From positions 1,755 to 65,754 of IMG/VR virus record IMGVR_UViG_3300032285_003158: a DNA stretch of 64,000 nt. One strand, written 5' to 3'. The position numbers and the translations under genes are program-made. Positions 24,858 through 33,785 of the stretch are shown here, in pieces; position 1 is the stretch's first letter; each line of letters begins with the position of its first letter. The notes under the pieces were generated by a model, which was not told the origin of the DNA, did no database searches, and saw nothing but the letters and a program-made list of their open reading frames with translations. This DNA is from a virus (taxonomy: Duplodnaviria; Caudoviricetes).

Positions 24858-25144
24858 TTACTCAAGTAGTAAAGGATATAATTTCGTGGATTAAATTGGA
24901 TTGGAAATCCAATCATATTAGATTTATTCTAGAAGTTATTGCTTGGGCAATTAGCATTAGTTGTGCTGTTATCATGGCAATAACAATACCTAATCCACCT
25001 TTTATCTTCTTGTATCCAATGTTCATTACTGGTTGTTCTTTATATGCATGGACTGCATATAGTAGAAATTCTTTTGGTATGTTGATCAATTATCTATTAT
25101 TGGTAACTATTGATACTATTGGTTACATTCGTCTATTTTTTTAA
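24854..25144 (+). CDS. three-TM membrane protein
   Basis: three hydrophobic helices. Confidence 0.65.
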   Translation: MITQVVKDIISWIKLDWKSNHIRFILEVIAWAISISCAVIMAITIPNPPFIFLYPMFITGCSLYAWTAYSRNSFGMLINYLLLVTIDTIGYIRLFF

Positions 25145-25156
25145 TGGAGAAATATT

Positions 25157-25417
25157 GTGAGTGCTGAAACTATTAAATTTAAACTGACTGAAATTGAAGC
25201 GCGATTGATTCTGTCGTTGCTTGATTACTGCCGTTCTGGTGATGAGAATGCATCAAATTTCCGAATGGCTTTGTCCTCACTTCAATACAAATTCGAACCG
25301 TATCGAACTGAGTATGAAGATACTGAACGCATTTCTTTCACCCGAGAAAATAATGCAGGTGAAAAGAAGAATTATAATTCCAAATCGAAATCTTTCATTA
25401 CGATTGAAATTGAATAA
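25157..25417 (+). CDS. hypothetical protein
   Basis: GTG start after ggaga. Confidence 0.55.
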   Translation: MSAETIKFKLTEIEARLILSLLDYCRSGDENASNFRMALSSLQYKFEPYRTEYEDTERISFTRENNAGEKKNYNSKSKSFITIEIE

Positions 25418-26039
25418 CTGTAGACAATTTGACTACATCGTAGACAAAATATCATCAGCCGTGGGAAAAGAGTTTGTCAAGACTCATCACTATTCCCATG
25501 GCATTCATAATGGTCCTATGTGTTATGGACTATTTGATGGTACTAGGCTTGTAGGTGTATGTGCATTTGCTACCCCATGTTCTGAGGCAGTATGTGCAAG
25601 TGTATTTGGAGTAGAACATAAAAGGTCGGTTACTGAATTGCACCGTTTGGTTTTACTTGATGAATGTCCTAAAAACTCCGAGAGTTTCTTTATTGTCAGA
25701 GCATTAAAGTTGTTGAAAAGAGACAGGCCCAATTATAATGCGGTCTTATCTTTTGCTGATGCAACAGAAGGGCACAAGGGTACAATCTACCAAGCAACCA
25801 ATGCATTGTACACTGGTACCTCAGGTAGGTCCACCTTCTACCTGGACAGCACAGGACGCCTCAGGCATCCAAGGCAGAATGGTGTTAACGTATCGAAGGA
25901 ATTCGTGCGGGAAAACAACTGGAAACCTGTTAAGAGAGAAGGTAAACACCGTTATCTTTATTTGCTACCAGTTGACAAAAGACATAAAAGAGTGTTACAA
26001 TCTAATTTGAAACTTGAAAAACTACCTTATCCTAAATGA
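25410..26039 (+). CDS. Mom-like GNAT-fold DNA modification protein
   Basis: HHYSH, ELHRLVLLD..PKNSESFFI.RAL, LSFADATEGHKGTIYQATN. Confidence 0.75.
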   Translation: MNNCRQFDYIVDKISSAVGKEFVKTHHYSHGIHNGPMCYGLFDGTRLVGVCAFATPCSEAVCASVFGVEHKRSVTELHRLVLLDECPKNSESFFIVRALKLLKRDRPNYNAVLSFADATEGHKGTIYQATNALYTGTSGRSTFYLDSTGRLRHPRQNGVNVSKEFVRENNWKPVKREGKHRYLYLLPVDKRHKRVLQSNLKLEKLPYPK

Positions 26040-26608
26040 ATATTTTCTATCTCGATAAATCCGCAGTCGAATGTGCCAAAATGCATGCCGATAAACATGT
26101 GGTAAAAATGATTCTCGAATATTGCCAACTATTATCCACGGCTCATCGAGTATTAGACGGCGTACAAACTGTTGGACTTTCTGAGTCTGGTAGAAAAAAA
26201 ACTGTATATCATATTAGTGACAATCGAAATGATATTCTTTATTCTGCTACTCATATCAGTCATCCATCTGCCATTTGGGTAAGAAAATCTGTCAAGAATT
26301 ATATGCATCTAGTTTGTATTCTCGTACACCTATGCGGAGAATATACTTATCGTTATGGTAAAATTCATAAGTGTGAATCGTCAGGTCTAGTAGATAAACT
26401 TGGTGTTCCGCCAAATAATATTTCATATACTGAACCATTTTCTGAACCGACTCCTGCAATGCCTGATGAGGTTAAAGTTGCAGGAGATTCTATTTCTTCC
26501 TATCGTAGCTACTATATAAAGAATAAACAGCACCTTGCTTCATGGCAAGGCAAAATCAATTCTCGTAATGTTCCGGAGTGGTTCACATGCCAACATATCA
26601 GTTCTTAA
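26036..26608 (+). CDS. pyrimidine-dimer DNA glycosylase/endonuclease V family protein
   Basis: MNIFYLD...HADKHVVKMILEYCQLLSTAH...HPSAIW...EYTYRYGKIH...AMPD. Confidence 0.75.
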   Translation: MNIFYLDKSAVECAKMHADKHVVKMILEYCQLLSTAHRVLDGVQTVGLSESGRKKTVYHISDNRNDILYSATHISHPSAIWVRKSVKNYMHLVCILVHLCGEYTYRYGKIHKCESSGLVDKLGVPPNNISYTEPFSEPTPAMPDEVKVAGDSISSYRSYYIKNKQHLASWQGKINSRNVPEWFTCQHISS

Positions 26609-26868
26609 ACAAAGATACAAATGAAGTAGAGGAACATAAAATGTCCTATACTGTTCTTGAAGAGTTTAAAGAATCGAATCCACATCTAGAAAGATATTTC
26701 TGTGCAGAGAATCTACCCGTTATGAGTGATGGATCTCGCATGAGTGTTCCAGGAATGGGTCAACCATGTAAAGCATTTGAGCAAGGTGTCATCGAACGTA
26801 TGAAAGCCACCATTCCAGGAAATACACTTGGTAAAACTCACAAAACTAAACTCCCCCGAGAATGGTAA
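26587..26868 (+). CDS. FmdB-like small protein
   Basis: MPTYQFLNKDTNEVEEH N-terminus. Confidence 0.55.
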   Translation: MPTYQFLNKDTNEVEEHKMSYTVLEEFKESNPHLERYFCAENLPVMSDGSRMSVPGMGQPCKAFEQGVIERMKATIPGNTLGKTHKTKLPREW

Positions 26869-27014
26869 ACCAAAAAATCCCATATCTACTGAGGAGTAAT
26901 CCAACTCCTGCAAATGTGAACGGTACATTGAAATCCAATGTACGCTTGATTAATAATGTTATTAAGGAAAAGAAGATAGCCGCTCTACTAAAACACAAAT
27001 AATAAAGGTAAACA

Positions 27015-27779
27015 ATGGCCACTAAAAGAACTCCAGTACAAAAGCGTGATGATTTTGTTGAGAATGATGACTCGAATAGTAAGCATCTTCCTGTAGTAAC
27101 AAACTCTCTGAAAATAAAGTTGGATCACCTTAAAACATTTCAAGCACTAACAGAAAATCAGCAATTATTCTTTGATGCTTATAAGAGAGGTGATTATTTT
27201 ATTGGCATGTTTGGTTCTCCTGGTGTGGGTAAAACCTTTCTTGCAGTCTATCGTGCAATTGAAGAGGTATTAGATAAAAATAATCCATTCAAGCAATTGG
27301 TTGTTGTTCGTTCCGCGGTACAGGTGAGGGATCAGGGTTTTGTTCCAGGTACACTTGATGAAAAGATGGAAATCTACGAACAACCTTATAAAGAAATATG
27401 TGAAACACTATTCGGTCGTAAGGATGCTTGGGAAAGACTAAAGGAGCAATCTCATGCAAGATTTATTTCCACCACAGCAATTCGTGGTATTTCTATTGAT
27501 GATGCTATTGTTGTGGTCGACGAATCACAATCAATGACTTTTCATGAATTATCCTCTGTTATTAGCCGAGTTGGTCATAGGTCAAAGATTATCTTCATTG
27601 GTGACTTGAAGCAAAATGACTTGATTAAATCAAGAAATGACGTATCAGGACTCAAAGAGTTTCTGGAAGTTGCTCGTCATATGAGTGAGTTTACTGAAAT
27701 TACATTTACACCAGATGATATTGTTCGCAGCAGTTTGGTTAAATCCTTTATTATGGCCTGCGAAAAATTAGGATATTGA
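27015..27779 (+). CDS. phoH: PhoH-family ATPase
   Basis: GSPGVGKT, GFVPGTLDEK, VDESQ, GDLKQND, DIVRS. Confidence 0.9.
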   Translation: MATKRTPVQKRDDFVENDDSNSKHLPVVTNSLKIKLDHLKTFQALTENQQLFFDAYKRGDYFIGMFGSPGVGKTFLAVYRAIEEVLDKNNPFKQLVVVRSAVQVRDQGFVPGTLDEKMEIYEQPYKEICETLFGRKDAWERLKEQSHARFISTTAIRGISIDDAIVVVDESQSMTFHELSSVISRVGHRSKIIFIGDLKQNDLIKSRNDVSGLKEFLEVARHMSEFTEITFTPDDIVRSSLVKSFIMACEKLGY

Positions 27780-27782
27780 GAT

Positions 27783-28439
27783 ATGTTTAACTATTGCCCA
27801 CCTAAAGAACTCGAAAATCTAGAATCTGAAACTGGTCAAGACGGTAAAAGATTCTATGTTTTACCTAGCGGAGTTCGTATTCCGTCCATCACCACCGTAT
27901 TAGGTGCAATGAAGAAGGAAGCAATTCAGGCTTGGCGCCGTCGGGTGGGTGAAGATGTTGCCAACCAAATCTCTAGGAAAGCATCTGGAAGAGGCACCAA
28001 TGTGCATACATTATGTGAACGATATCTGAACAACGATTCGCTTGGTGATGTTATGCCAGACGCTAGGGAGATGTTCTTTAGCATCAAACCTTATCTAAAC
28101 AGGATTAATAATATTTGGTATCAGGAACAGACTTTATGGTCTGAAAAATTAGGCGTTGCTGGTCGTGTGGATTGTATAGGAGAATTTGATGGCGTATTGA
28201 GTATCATAGACTTTAAAACGTCTAAAAAAATAAAAACCAAAGATATGATCGAGGACTATTTTTGGCAAGAATGTGCTTATTCCTTAATGGCAGAAGAAAG
28301 GACTGGCAAACCTATAAATCAATTGGTGACTATAATGGCGGTAGAAAATGAAGAGCCTTTATTGTTTATAGAAAAGACAGAAGACCACATTACAGGTTTA
28401 GTACGAGCAATCCGTTACTATAACGACCAAAATACCTGA
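27783..28439 (+). CDS. PD-(D/E)XK exonuclease
   Basis: PSITTVL, RGTNVH, AGRVDCIG...IIDFKTS. Confidence 0.8.
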   Translation: MFNYCPPKELENLESETGQDGKRFYVLPSGVRIPSITTVLGAMKKEAIQAWRRRVGEDVANQISRKASGRGTNVHTLCERYLNNDSLGDVMPDAREMFFSIKPYLNRINNIWYQEQTLWSEKLGVAGRVDCIGEFDGVLSIIDFKTSKKIKTKDMIEDYFWQECAYSLMAEERTGKPINQLVTIMAVENEEPLLFIEKTEDHITGLVRAIRYYNDQNT

Positions 28440-28484
28440 GTGTTTGTAGTATCTTGCCAAACACATAAATATGTGTTAAGATGC

Positions 28485-28554
28485 AATCTCGGTCAGTACG
28501 GTGGGACGTGCAGGTAGACAATACATGGACAAGGTTCGAATCCAAACTGAGATT
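28485..28554 (+). ncRNA. tRNA-like element or degenerate tRNA
   Basis: 9-bp closing stem AATCTCGGT/ACTGAGATT, D-arm-like GTACG-gtggga-CGTGC, GGTTCGAATCC T-loop; no canonical anticodon arm or CCA. Confidence 0.35.
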
Positions 28555-28579
28555 TTTTGAAATAATTAAAGGAGTTATT

Positions 28580-28645
28580 ATGATCGCATTGTATTTCCTC
28601 ATTATGTTTGTTGCTTTCATGGGGTTTTTACAACTCACGAAGTAA
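28580..28645 (+). CDS. 21-aa hydrophobic peptide
   Basis: aaaggag RBS; MIALYFLIMFVAFMGFLQLTK*. Confidence 0.45.
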   Translation: MIALYFLIMFVAFMGFLQLTK

Positions 28646-28654
28646 GAAGCTATG

Positions 28655-28938
28655 ATTGTATGAAGTAAGTAGAAATGAGTTCTGGACGCGGAGGCAGTAT
28701 CCGCCCGGTCCACCAAAAGCATATTCTGTTTGGTATCGGCAGTAGCCAAAAAGACTTAGTGTGCTTTTGATGGGCCGGAAATAGTTTCGACAGGGCAAAA
28801 AGTATATGCACGGACAATCCAGTAGGCGATGACTGTAAATCAAGCAAACCAAGTAAATGCAAACGAAGATGCATTTTTGATGGCGGCGTAAGCACCATCT
28901 GAGTTTTGCCAGTTGAACTTGGAAACAGAATCAACTGG
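28655..28938 (+). ncRNA. ssrA: circularly permuted (two-piece) tmRNA, alphaproteobacterial type
   Basis: acceptor 3' half CCGGTCC-A-CCA (28705-28715) precedes 5' half GGGCCGG (28772-28778), giving G3-U70; T-loop GGCAGTA; tag ANEDAFLMAA* (28859-28891); AACAGAA at 28924; 5' boundary approximate. Confidence 0.92.
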
Positions 28939-28942
28939 TACT

Positions 28943-28950
28943 TATAAATA
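28943..28950 (+). promoter_or_regulatory. T4-type late promoter
   Basis: TATAAATA 5 nt before the ATG of the PlcP-like gene. Confidence 0.65.
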
Positions 28951-28955
28951 AAATC

Positions 28956-29726
28956 ATGGACACAAAAAAATACAAAAGTATCTTCATTTCTGATGTACAC
29001 TTAGGTACAAAAGACTGCAAGGCCGCATTACTTAATGATTTTTTGAAAAACAATAGTTGCGAGTCCCTTTATCTTGTCGGTGACATAATCGACGGATGGA
29101 GAATCCAACAAAATAAGTGGCGCTGGAAGCAAAGTCATACCAATGTGATTCGCAGAATTCTCAGTTGTTCCAAAGATGGAACAAAGGTTATTTACATTGC
29201 CGGAAACCATGATGAATTTCTGAGGCCACTATTATCTTATAATATAGGTTTTGGTATGGTAGAGATAGCAAACCAATATGAACACCTAGGCGTTGATGGT
29301 AAAAAATACTTGGTAGTACATGGTGATTTATTTGACGGTATCACCAGACTTGCTCCATGGATATCATTTTTAGGTGACCGCGCATATGATTTTATACTAA
29401 GCGCCAACACTAAATTAAACTGGTTGAGACATAGACTAGGTTTTGGATATTGGAGTCTCAGTAGATTCTTAAAGCATAAGGTTAAAAAAGCAGTCGATTT
29501 TATCTTTCATTTTGAAAAAAATATCACTAACTATTGCATTAAAAGAGGTTTTGATGGCGTGATTTGTGGACATATACACAATGCAGAAATCAAAAATATT
29601 GATGGCATCATGTATATGAATGACGGTGATTGGGTAGAATCCTGTACTGCATTAGTTGAACATCATGATGGTTCTTGGGAATTAATTACATGGTCCCAAA
29701 ATATTAGTGAAGATACTTACGATTGA
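28956..29726 (+). CDS. plcP: PlcP-like metallophosphoesterase (LpxH/UDP-2,3-diacylglucosamine hydrolase-like family)
   Basis: ISDVHLG, LVGDIIDGW, GNHDEFLR, HGDLFD, YWSLS, CGHIH, NDGDWVESCTA. Confidence 0.75.
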   Translation: MDTKKYKSIFISDVHLGTKDCKAALLNDFLKNNSCESLYLVGDIIDGWRIQQNKWRWKQSHTNVIRRILSCSKDGTKVIYIAGNHDEFLRPLLSYNIGFGMVEIANQYEHLGVDGKKYLVVHGDLFDGITRLAPWISFLGDRAYDFILSANTKLNWLRHRLGFGYWSLSRFLKHKVKKAVDFIFHFEKNITNYCIKRGFDGVICGHIHNAEIKNIDGIMYMNDGDWVESCTALVEHHDGSWELITWSQNISEDTYD

Positions 29727-29728
29727 AC

Positions 29729-30742
29729 ATGCGAAAGAAAATTTTAATTATAACCGACAATTTACCGGATCAAATAAATGGAGTCGTTACTACATTCAAA
29801 AACATTGAAAAATGTGCTAACGCTGATGGGTTTGATATTGTATATCTTGATCCCGGGCAGTTCTATCATATTGATTGTCCTGGCTACTCTGATGTTAAAC
29901 TCTCAATCCCGTTTAAAATTGGAAAAAAGATTGAAAGCATATCTCCGGATTATATACACATTGCTACGGAAGGTCCTATAGGATTTTTCGCAAGGTGTTA
30001 TTTGGATAGAAAGAATATAAAGTATAACACTAGTTATCATACGAAGTTTCCTGAGTTCTTAAAGAAATTGTATGGAATTCCGGAGTGCGTTAGTTATGCT
30101 TATTTTAGATGGTTTCATAAACATAGTGGAAAAGTATTAACTACCACCAATACAATGGTGAAAGAACTGGAAGAACATGGATTTCGTTCAGACATAATTC
30201 CATGGACCCGCGGTGTAGATAGAGAGATATTTAATAAAAATCTTCGAACTGAATATGAAGGTAAAGTTTTATTGAGTGTGGGTAGGGTAAGTAAAGAAAA
30301 GGGAATCGAGAATTTCTGTTCTCTCGATTGTTCGCCATGGGTTAAAAAAATAGTAGTTGGTGATGGTCCATGTCGAGAAGAATTACAATCAAAATATCCA
30401 GACGTAAAATTTGTTGGTGTTAAAACTGGTAAAGAACTTGCAGAGTATTATGCGAATGCAGATGTGTTTGTGTTTACCTCTAAGGTAGATACTTTTGGCA
30501 TAGTAATAATAGAAGCATTGTCCGTGGGAACTCCAGTTGCAGCATACAAAGTTCCTGGTCCGATTGACATAATAGAACCTGGTGTCAATGGCTATATGGA
30601 AGAAATTTTGAATGACCCTTTGAATGATTGTATCAACAGGTGTCTTTCACTTGACCGAGATGAAGTGGAAAAATCCAGCATCAAATGGTCTTGGCAAGAA
30701 TGTTGGAATGTATTCAGAGAAAATTTAATTCAATTGAAATAG
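29729..30742 (+). CDS. GT4 glycosyltransferase (Agt-like glycolipid synthase)
   Basis: TD..PDQINGVVTT, HIATEGPIG, TSYHTKFPE, RGVD, VGRVSKEK, VGDGP, DTFGIVIIEA. Confidence 0.8.
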   Translation: MRKKILIITDNLPDQINGVVTTFKNIEKCANADGFDIVYLDPGQFYHIDCPGYSDVKLSIPFKIGKKIESISPDYIHIATEGPIGFFARCYLDRKNIKYNTSYHTKFPEFLKKLYGIPECVSYAYFRWFHKHSGKVLTTTNTMVKELEEHGFRSDIIPWTRGVDREIFNKNLRTEYEGKVLLSVGRVSKEKGIENFCSLDCSPWVKKIVVGDGPCREELQSKYPDVKFVGVKTGKELAEYYANADVFVFTSKVDTFGIVIIEALSVGTPVAAYKVPGPIDIIEPGVNGYMEEILNDPLNDCINRCLSLDRDEVEKSSIKWSWQECWNVFRENLIQLK

Positions 30743-30777
30743 TTCAATATTTTCTAAGTCCCAAAACAGGAGAAAAA

Positions 30778-31323
30778 ATGTTAACAACTAAGAAAGTGCT
30801 ATATCATGTAGCACTAATGTCTGCCATTTCCGTTGTACTTTCGATGTTCTTGTCATTTAAAATTATTGATTTAATTAAAGAATATACGTTTCAATCGTAT
30901 ACAGTACGTGAAGTTGTTGTTCTACAACACATGATGCAAGAAGAAGTAAACTGTCTAGCCAATAATATCTATTATGAAGCTGGTACAGAATCGTATGAGG
31001 GTAAACTCGCCATTGCACAAGTTACAGTTAATCGAGTTAATAGTAACAAATATGCCAAAGATATATGTGGTGTGGTGAAACAAAAAGACAACGGTGTCTG
31101 TCAATTCAGTTGGGTTTGTGTCAAGGTTTCGAAAGAAAAGGAACCATATGCATGGGAAGAGTCTAAGTTAATTGCTGAAAAGATGTTGACACAGAGCACC
31201 TTTCATGATAAACTAGCCAAGACTAATGCTTTATTCTATCATGCAGACTACATAACTACCAATTGGGACAAATCAAAGGTCGTGTCAAAAATAGGTAGAC
31301 ATATTTTCTATAAAACCATTTAA
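30778..31323 (+). CDS. SleB/CwlJ-like cell wall hydrolase with N-terminal anchor
   Basis: CLANNIYYEA, AQVTVNRV, ICGVV, CQFSW, KIGRHIFY. Confidence 0.85.
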   Translation: MLTTKKVLYHVALMSAISVVLSMFLSFKIIDLIKEYTFQSYTVREVVVLQHMMQEEVNCLANNIYYEAGTESYEGKLAIAQVTVNRVNSNKYAKDICGVVKQKDNGVCQFSWVCVKVSKEKEPYAWEESKLIAEKMLTQSTFHDKLAKTNALFYHADYITTNWDKSKVVSKIGRHIFYKTI

Positions 31324-31335
31324 CAAAGGTACATA

Positions 31336-31557
31336 ATGCCCAGTCGTGATGAAATTAAAGAGTTTTCTGATTTGATCGAAAACTTATCCTATGAAGAAAA
31401 TTGTTCCCTCGTTGATGCTATTGTCTTCCATTGTGAGGGTACAGGTTTGGAAATCGAAGTTGCTGCAACTCTAATTTCTCCTATTCTTAAACAGAAGATC
31501 AAGGAAGAAGCGGAAGAAAACAACCTTATGAAGAAGACTTCCAAACTCCCTATTTGA
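31336..31557 (+). CDS. gp33: late transcription coactivator gp33
   Basis: 73 aa, DAIVFHCE..GLEIE...LKQKIKEEAEENN; adjacent to gp59. Confidence 0.75.
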   Translation: MPSRDEIKEFSDLIENLSYEENCSLVDAIVFHCEGTGLEIEVAATLISPILKQKIKEEAEENNLMKKTSKLPI

Positions 31558-31561
31558 ATGA

Positions 31562-32170
31562 GTGATGACTGAAAATACTGGATTTGCAGCATTTGCATTA
31601 TATCACAGTCTGAAATTACACTTTACATCTAGTAGTTACAATTACCATAAGTATAATGGTAAGACAAACGTATCTAAAGATAGTTTTCTGAAACGTAAAG
31701 ATAAGTATTCTTTCTACAGACTATCACGAAAATATGATTTACCAGAACTCAAGGACTTTTTGGTTGCTAATTTCGTTACATACAATGTAAACTGGATCGG
31801 CGAGATTATGGGTGCAGAGGCTGAGGACGCATACACCAAATGGCAAAAGCGTATTCAATCTCTGACATATAATTTCACCAATGATATGGACAAGGTGATG
31901 GAATCTGGTAATCCGGAACAATGTCTTAAAGTTGTAAATGGTCAGTATCCCCAACTATATGATATGCTGGGTCACGACAAGATTACGCTGGAGTCCTTTG
32001 TTATTCTCAATGATATCCTCAACTTCTTTCCTATGTGGAGTAAGAAAATTGATGATGATATTATCTGGCCGAGTTTCAGATTGAAATGTGAGAAGTATGC
32101 ACCATTTATTGAATATGATAAAGCAAAGTTCAAATCTATACTAAGAGACAAGATGCAAGAATATGCATAA
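31562..32170 (+). CDS. gp59: helicase loader gp59
   Basis: LKLHFTSSSYNYHKYNGK...FLKRKDKYSF. Confidence 0.85.
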   Translation: MMTENTGFAAFALYHSLKLHFTSSSYNYHKYNGKTNVSKDSFLKRKDKYSFYRLSRKYDLPELKDFLVANFVTYNVNWIGEIMGAEAEDAYTKWQKRIQSLTYNFTNDMDKVMESGNPEQCLKVVNGQYPQLYDMLGHDKITLESFVILNDILNFFPMWSKKIDDDIIWPSFRLKCEKYAPFIEYDKAKFKSILRDKMQEYA

Positions 32171-32206
32171 ATAATGGTCTGTATTTCCAACTACTAAAAA
32201 ATCCTT

Positions 32207-32764
32207 ATGCGTTCATTTAAATCTTTCTTGGCTGAAAAAGTATTATCCATCGGACTTAATCCTGAACATGAAAAATTCAGAGAGAAGCACCGCCAACAAA
32301 TCCATGATGTTATTCAACACTCATATAAGAATGTAGACGGCGGCTATGGTGGTAATGGATCAGGTACCAAGAAAGAATCTGATGCTATACATGATGATAT
32401 TACAAACTCGGTCATCAAAGCAACCAAGCGTGGAGATAAGATAACCGCTGTTAATCTTTATAAGAAACAACATGGTAGAAAGTCTATTGCTTCTGGTACA
32501 GATGGTTCTGAACAAGGTAAAAATGATTGGAAGAAGACAAAGATGGAAGACCATGAGCAGAAACGCGCATGGGGTGAAGTCTCTGGTGCAGCCGAGAAAA
32601 TCCAGCGTAAGATGGGAGTTCCTGTTATTCATAATAACAAAGTGGGTAAACTACTTAACAAAGATATTAGCCCACACGAAGGTGGTGAACATTATGATCG
32701 TAAGATTGGTGGAGAAACCCACACGAAAGTGGCCATGGGACACCCAAAGGTTGACAAGGATTAA
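32207..32764 (+). CDS. putative internal head protein with capsid-targeting sequence
   Basis: N-terminus MRSFKSFLAE resembles the T4 IP targeting peptide; CATAAATA late-type promoter upstream. Confidence 0.5.
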   Translation: MRSFKSFLAEKVLSIGLNPEHEKFREKHRQQIHDVIQHSYKNVDGGYGGNGSGTKKESDAIHDDITNSVIKATKRGDKITAVNLYKKQHGRKSIASGTDGSEQGKNDWKKTKMEDHEQKRAWGEVSGAAEKIQRKMGVPVIHNNKVGKLLNKDISPHEGGEHYDRKIGGETHTKVAMGHPKVDKD

Positions 32765-32785
32765 AAGGTGTGATATACTTTCTGC

Positions 32786-33304
32786 ATGAAGAAACTTATT
32801 GTTTATTGCCACGGCTACGGCTCAAATCCCAATACGGATAAATTGCAACAACTCAAAGATGCAGGATTTGATGCATATTGCTTTCATGCATGTATTGATC
32901 CTGTGGTCGCTTTTGATAGTATCAGTCGAGAAATCGATTTAGTGCTACTGGATTATCTACACCAGGATATTGAACTTATCTTTGTCGGTACTTCTCTTGG
33001 TGGCTGGATGGCTTCTAAACTGGCTAAGGCATATGATTGCCGTGCAGTTATTATCAACCCATCATACGATCCAGAACTATCTCTTGAGAAATATGGAATA
33101 TTCGAAGAAATTCGGAACAAGTATACTAAGTTGACTATTTCTGAAAAGTTCCATTACTTCTTCGCTGAAAAGGATGAAGTTCTAGACCATGCAGATTGTC
33201 TCGATGCTGTAGTATCTTCGTGTTCTTATGATATGATTCGTGGTGCAGATCACCGTTTCAACGAACACTTTCATTTGGTTATTGATTATTTGAAGAGCAT
33301 TTAA
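32786..33304 (+). CDS. YqiA/YcfP-like alpha/beta-hydrolase (esterase)
   Basis: HGYGS, GTSLGG, INP, DEVLD, GADHRF; TTGACA/TATACT promoter 6 nt before ATG (leaderless). Confidence 0.8.
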   Translation: MKKLIVYCHGYGSNPNTDKLQQLKDAGFDAYCFHACIDPVVAFDSISREIDLVLLDYLHQDIELIFVGTSLGGWMASKLAKAYDCRAVIINPSYDPELSLEKYGIFEEIRNKYTKLTISEKFHYFFAEKDEVLDHADCLDAVVSSCSYDMIRGADHRFNEHFHLVIDYLKSI

Positions 33305-33305
33305 T

Positions 33306-33785
33306 ATGATTGATAAAATTTATGTAGACATGGATGGCGTATTATCCGACTTCCATAAACGATATAACGAAGTTTTTAATGTATGCCCAGAAACATTAAG
33401 CAATAAGCAGTTTCATCGGCAATTTGATAAGTTTATTGTTGATATGAACTTTGCAACACTTGAAATGATGCCTGATGCACTGCAATTGTTATCTGCACTG
33501 GATTCTCTAGAAGTACCAAAAGAGATTTTATCCTCAACTGCATCTGAGTCTAGGCATGATGTTGTATCTAAACAAAAACGTATCTGGTTGAAAAACCATG
33601 GTATTACTTACAAGCAAAATTTTGTACCAGGAAAACACCTAAAGTACAAATTTGCAACACCAAATTCCATAATCATTGATGATACGGTAAGTGTTATCGA
33701 TGATTGGAACAAAGCCGGTGGAATTGGTATTCTTCACAAGTCTGCCGAAACCACCATTGACAAACTAAAAAGTCTTATGTTATGA
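33306..33785 (+). CDS. HAD-family 5'(3')-deoxyribonucleotidase-like protein
   Basis: YVDMDGVLSDF, IIIDD, W..AGGIGILH. Confidence 0.8.
   Translation: MIDKIYVDMDGVLSDFHKRYNEVFNVCPETLSNKQFHRQFDKFIVDMNFATLEMMPDALQLLSALDSLEVPKEILSSTASESRHDVVSKQKRIWLKNHGITYKQNFVPGKHLKYKFATPNSIIIDDTVSVIDDWNKAGGIGILHKSAETTIDKLKSLML

Noticed and set aside
27783-28439. PD-(D/E)XK nuclease as Cas4 of a CRISPR system
   Set aside because: No Fe-S cysteine set, no array and no other cas genes; a common T4-like exonuclease.
28390-29000. Minus-strand ORFs over the tmRNA locus
   Set aside because: No recognisable motifs; the region is explained by the tmRNA and adjacent elements on the plus strand.
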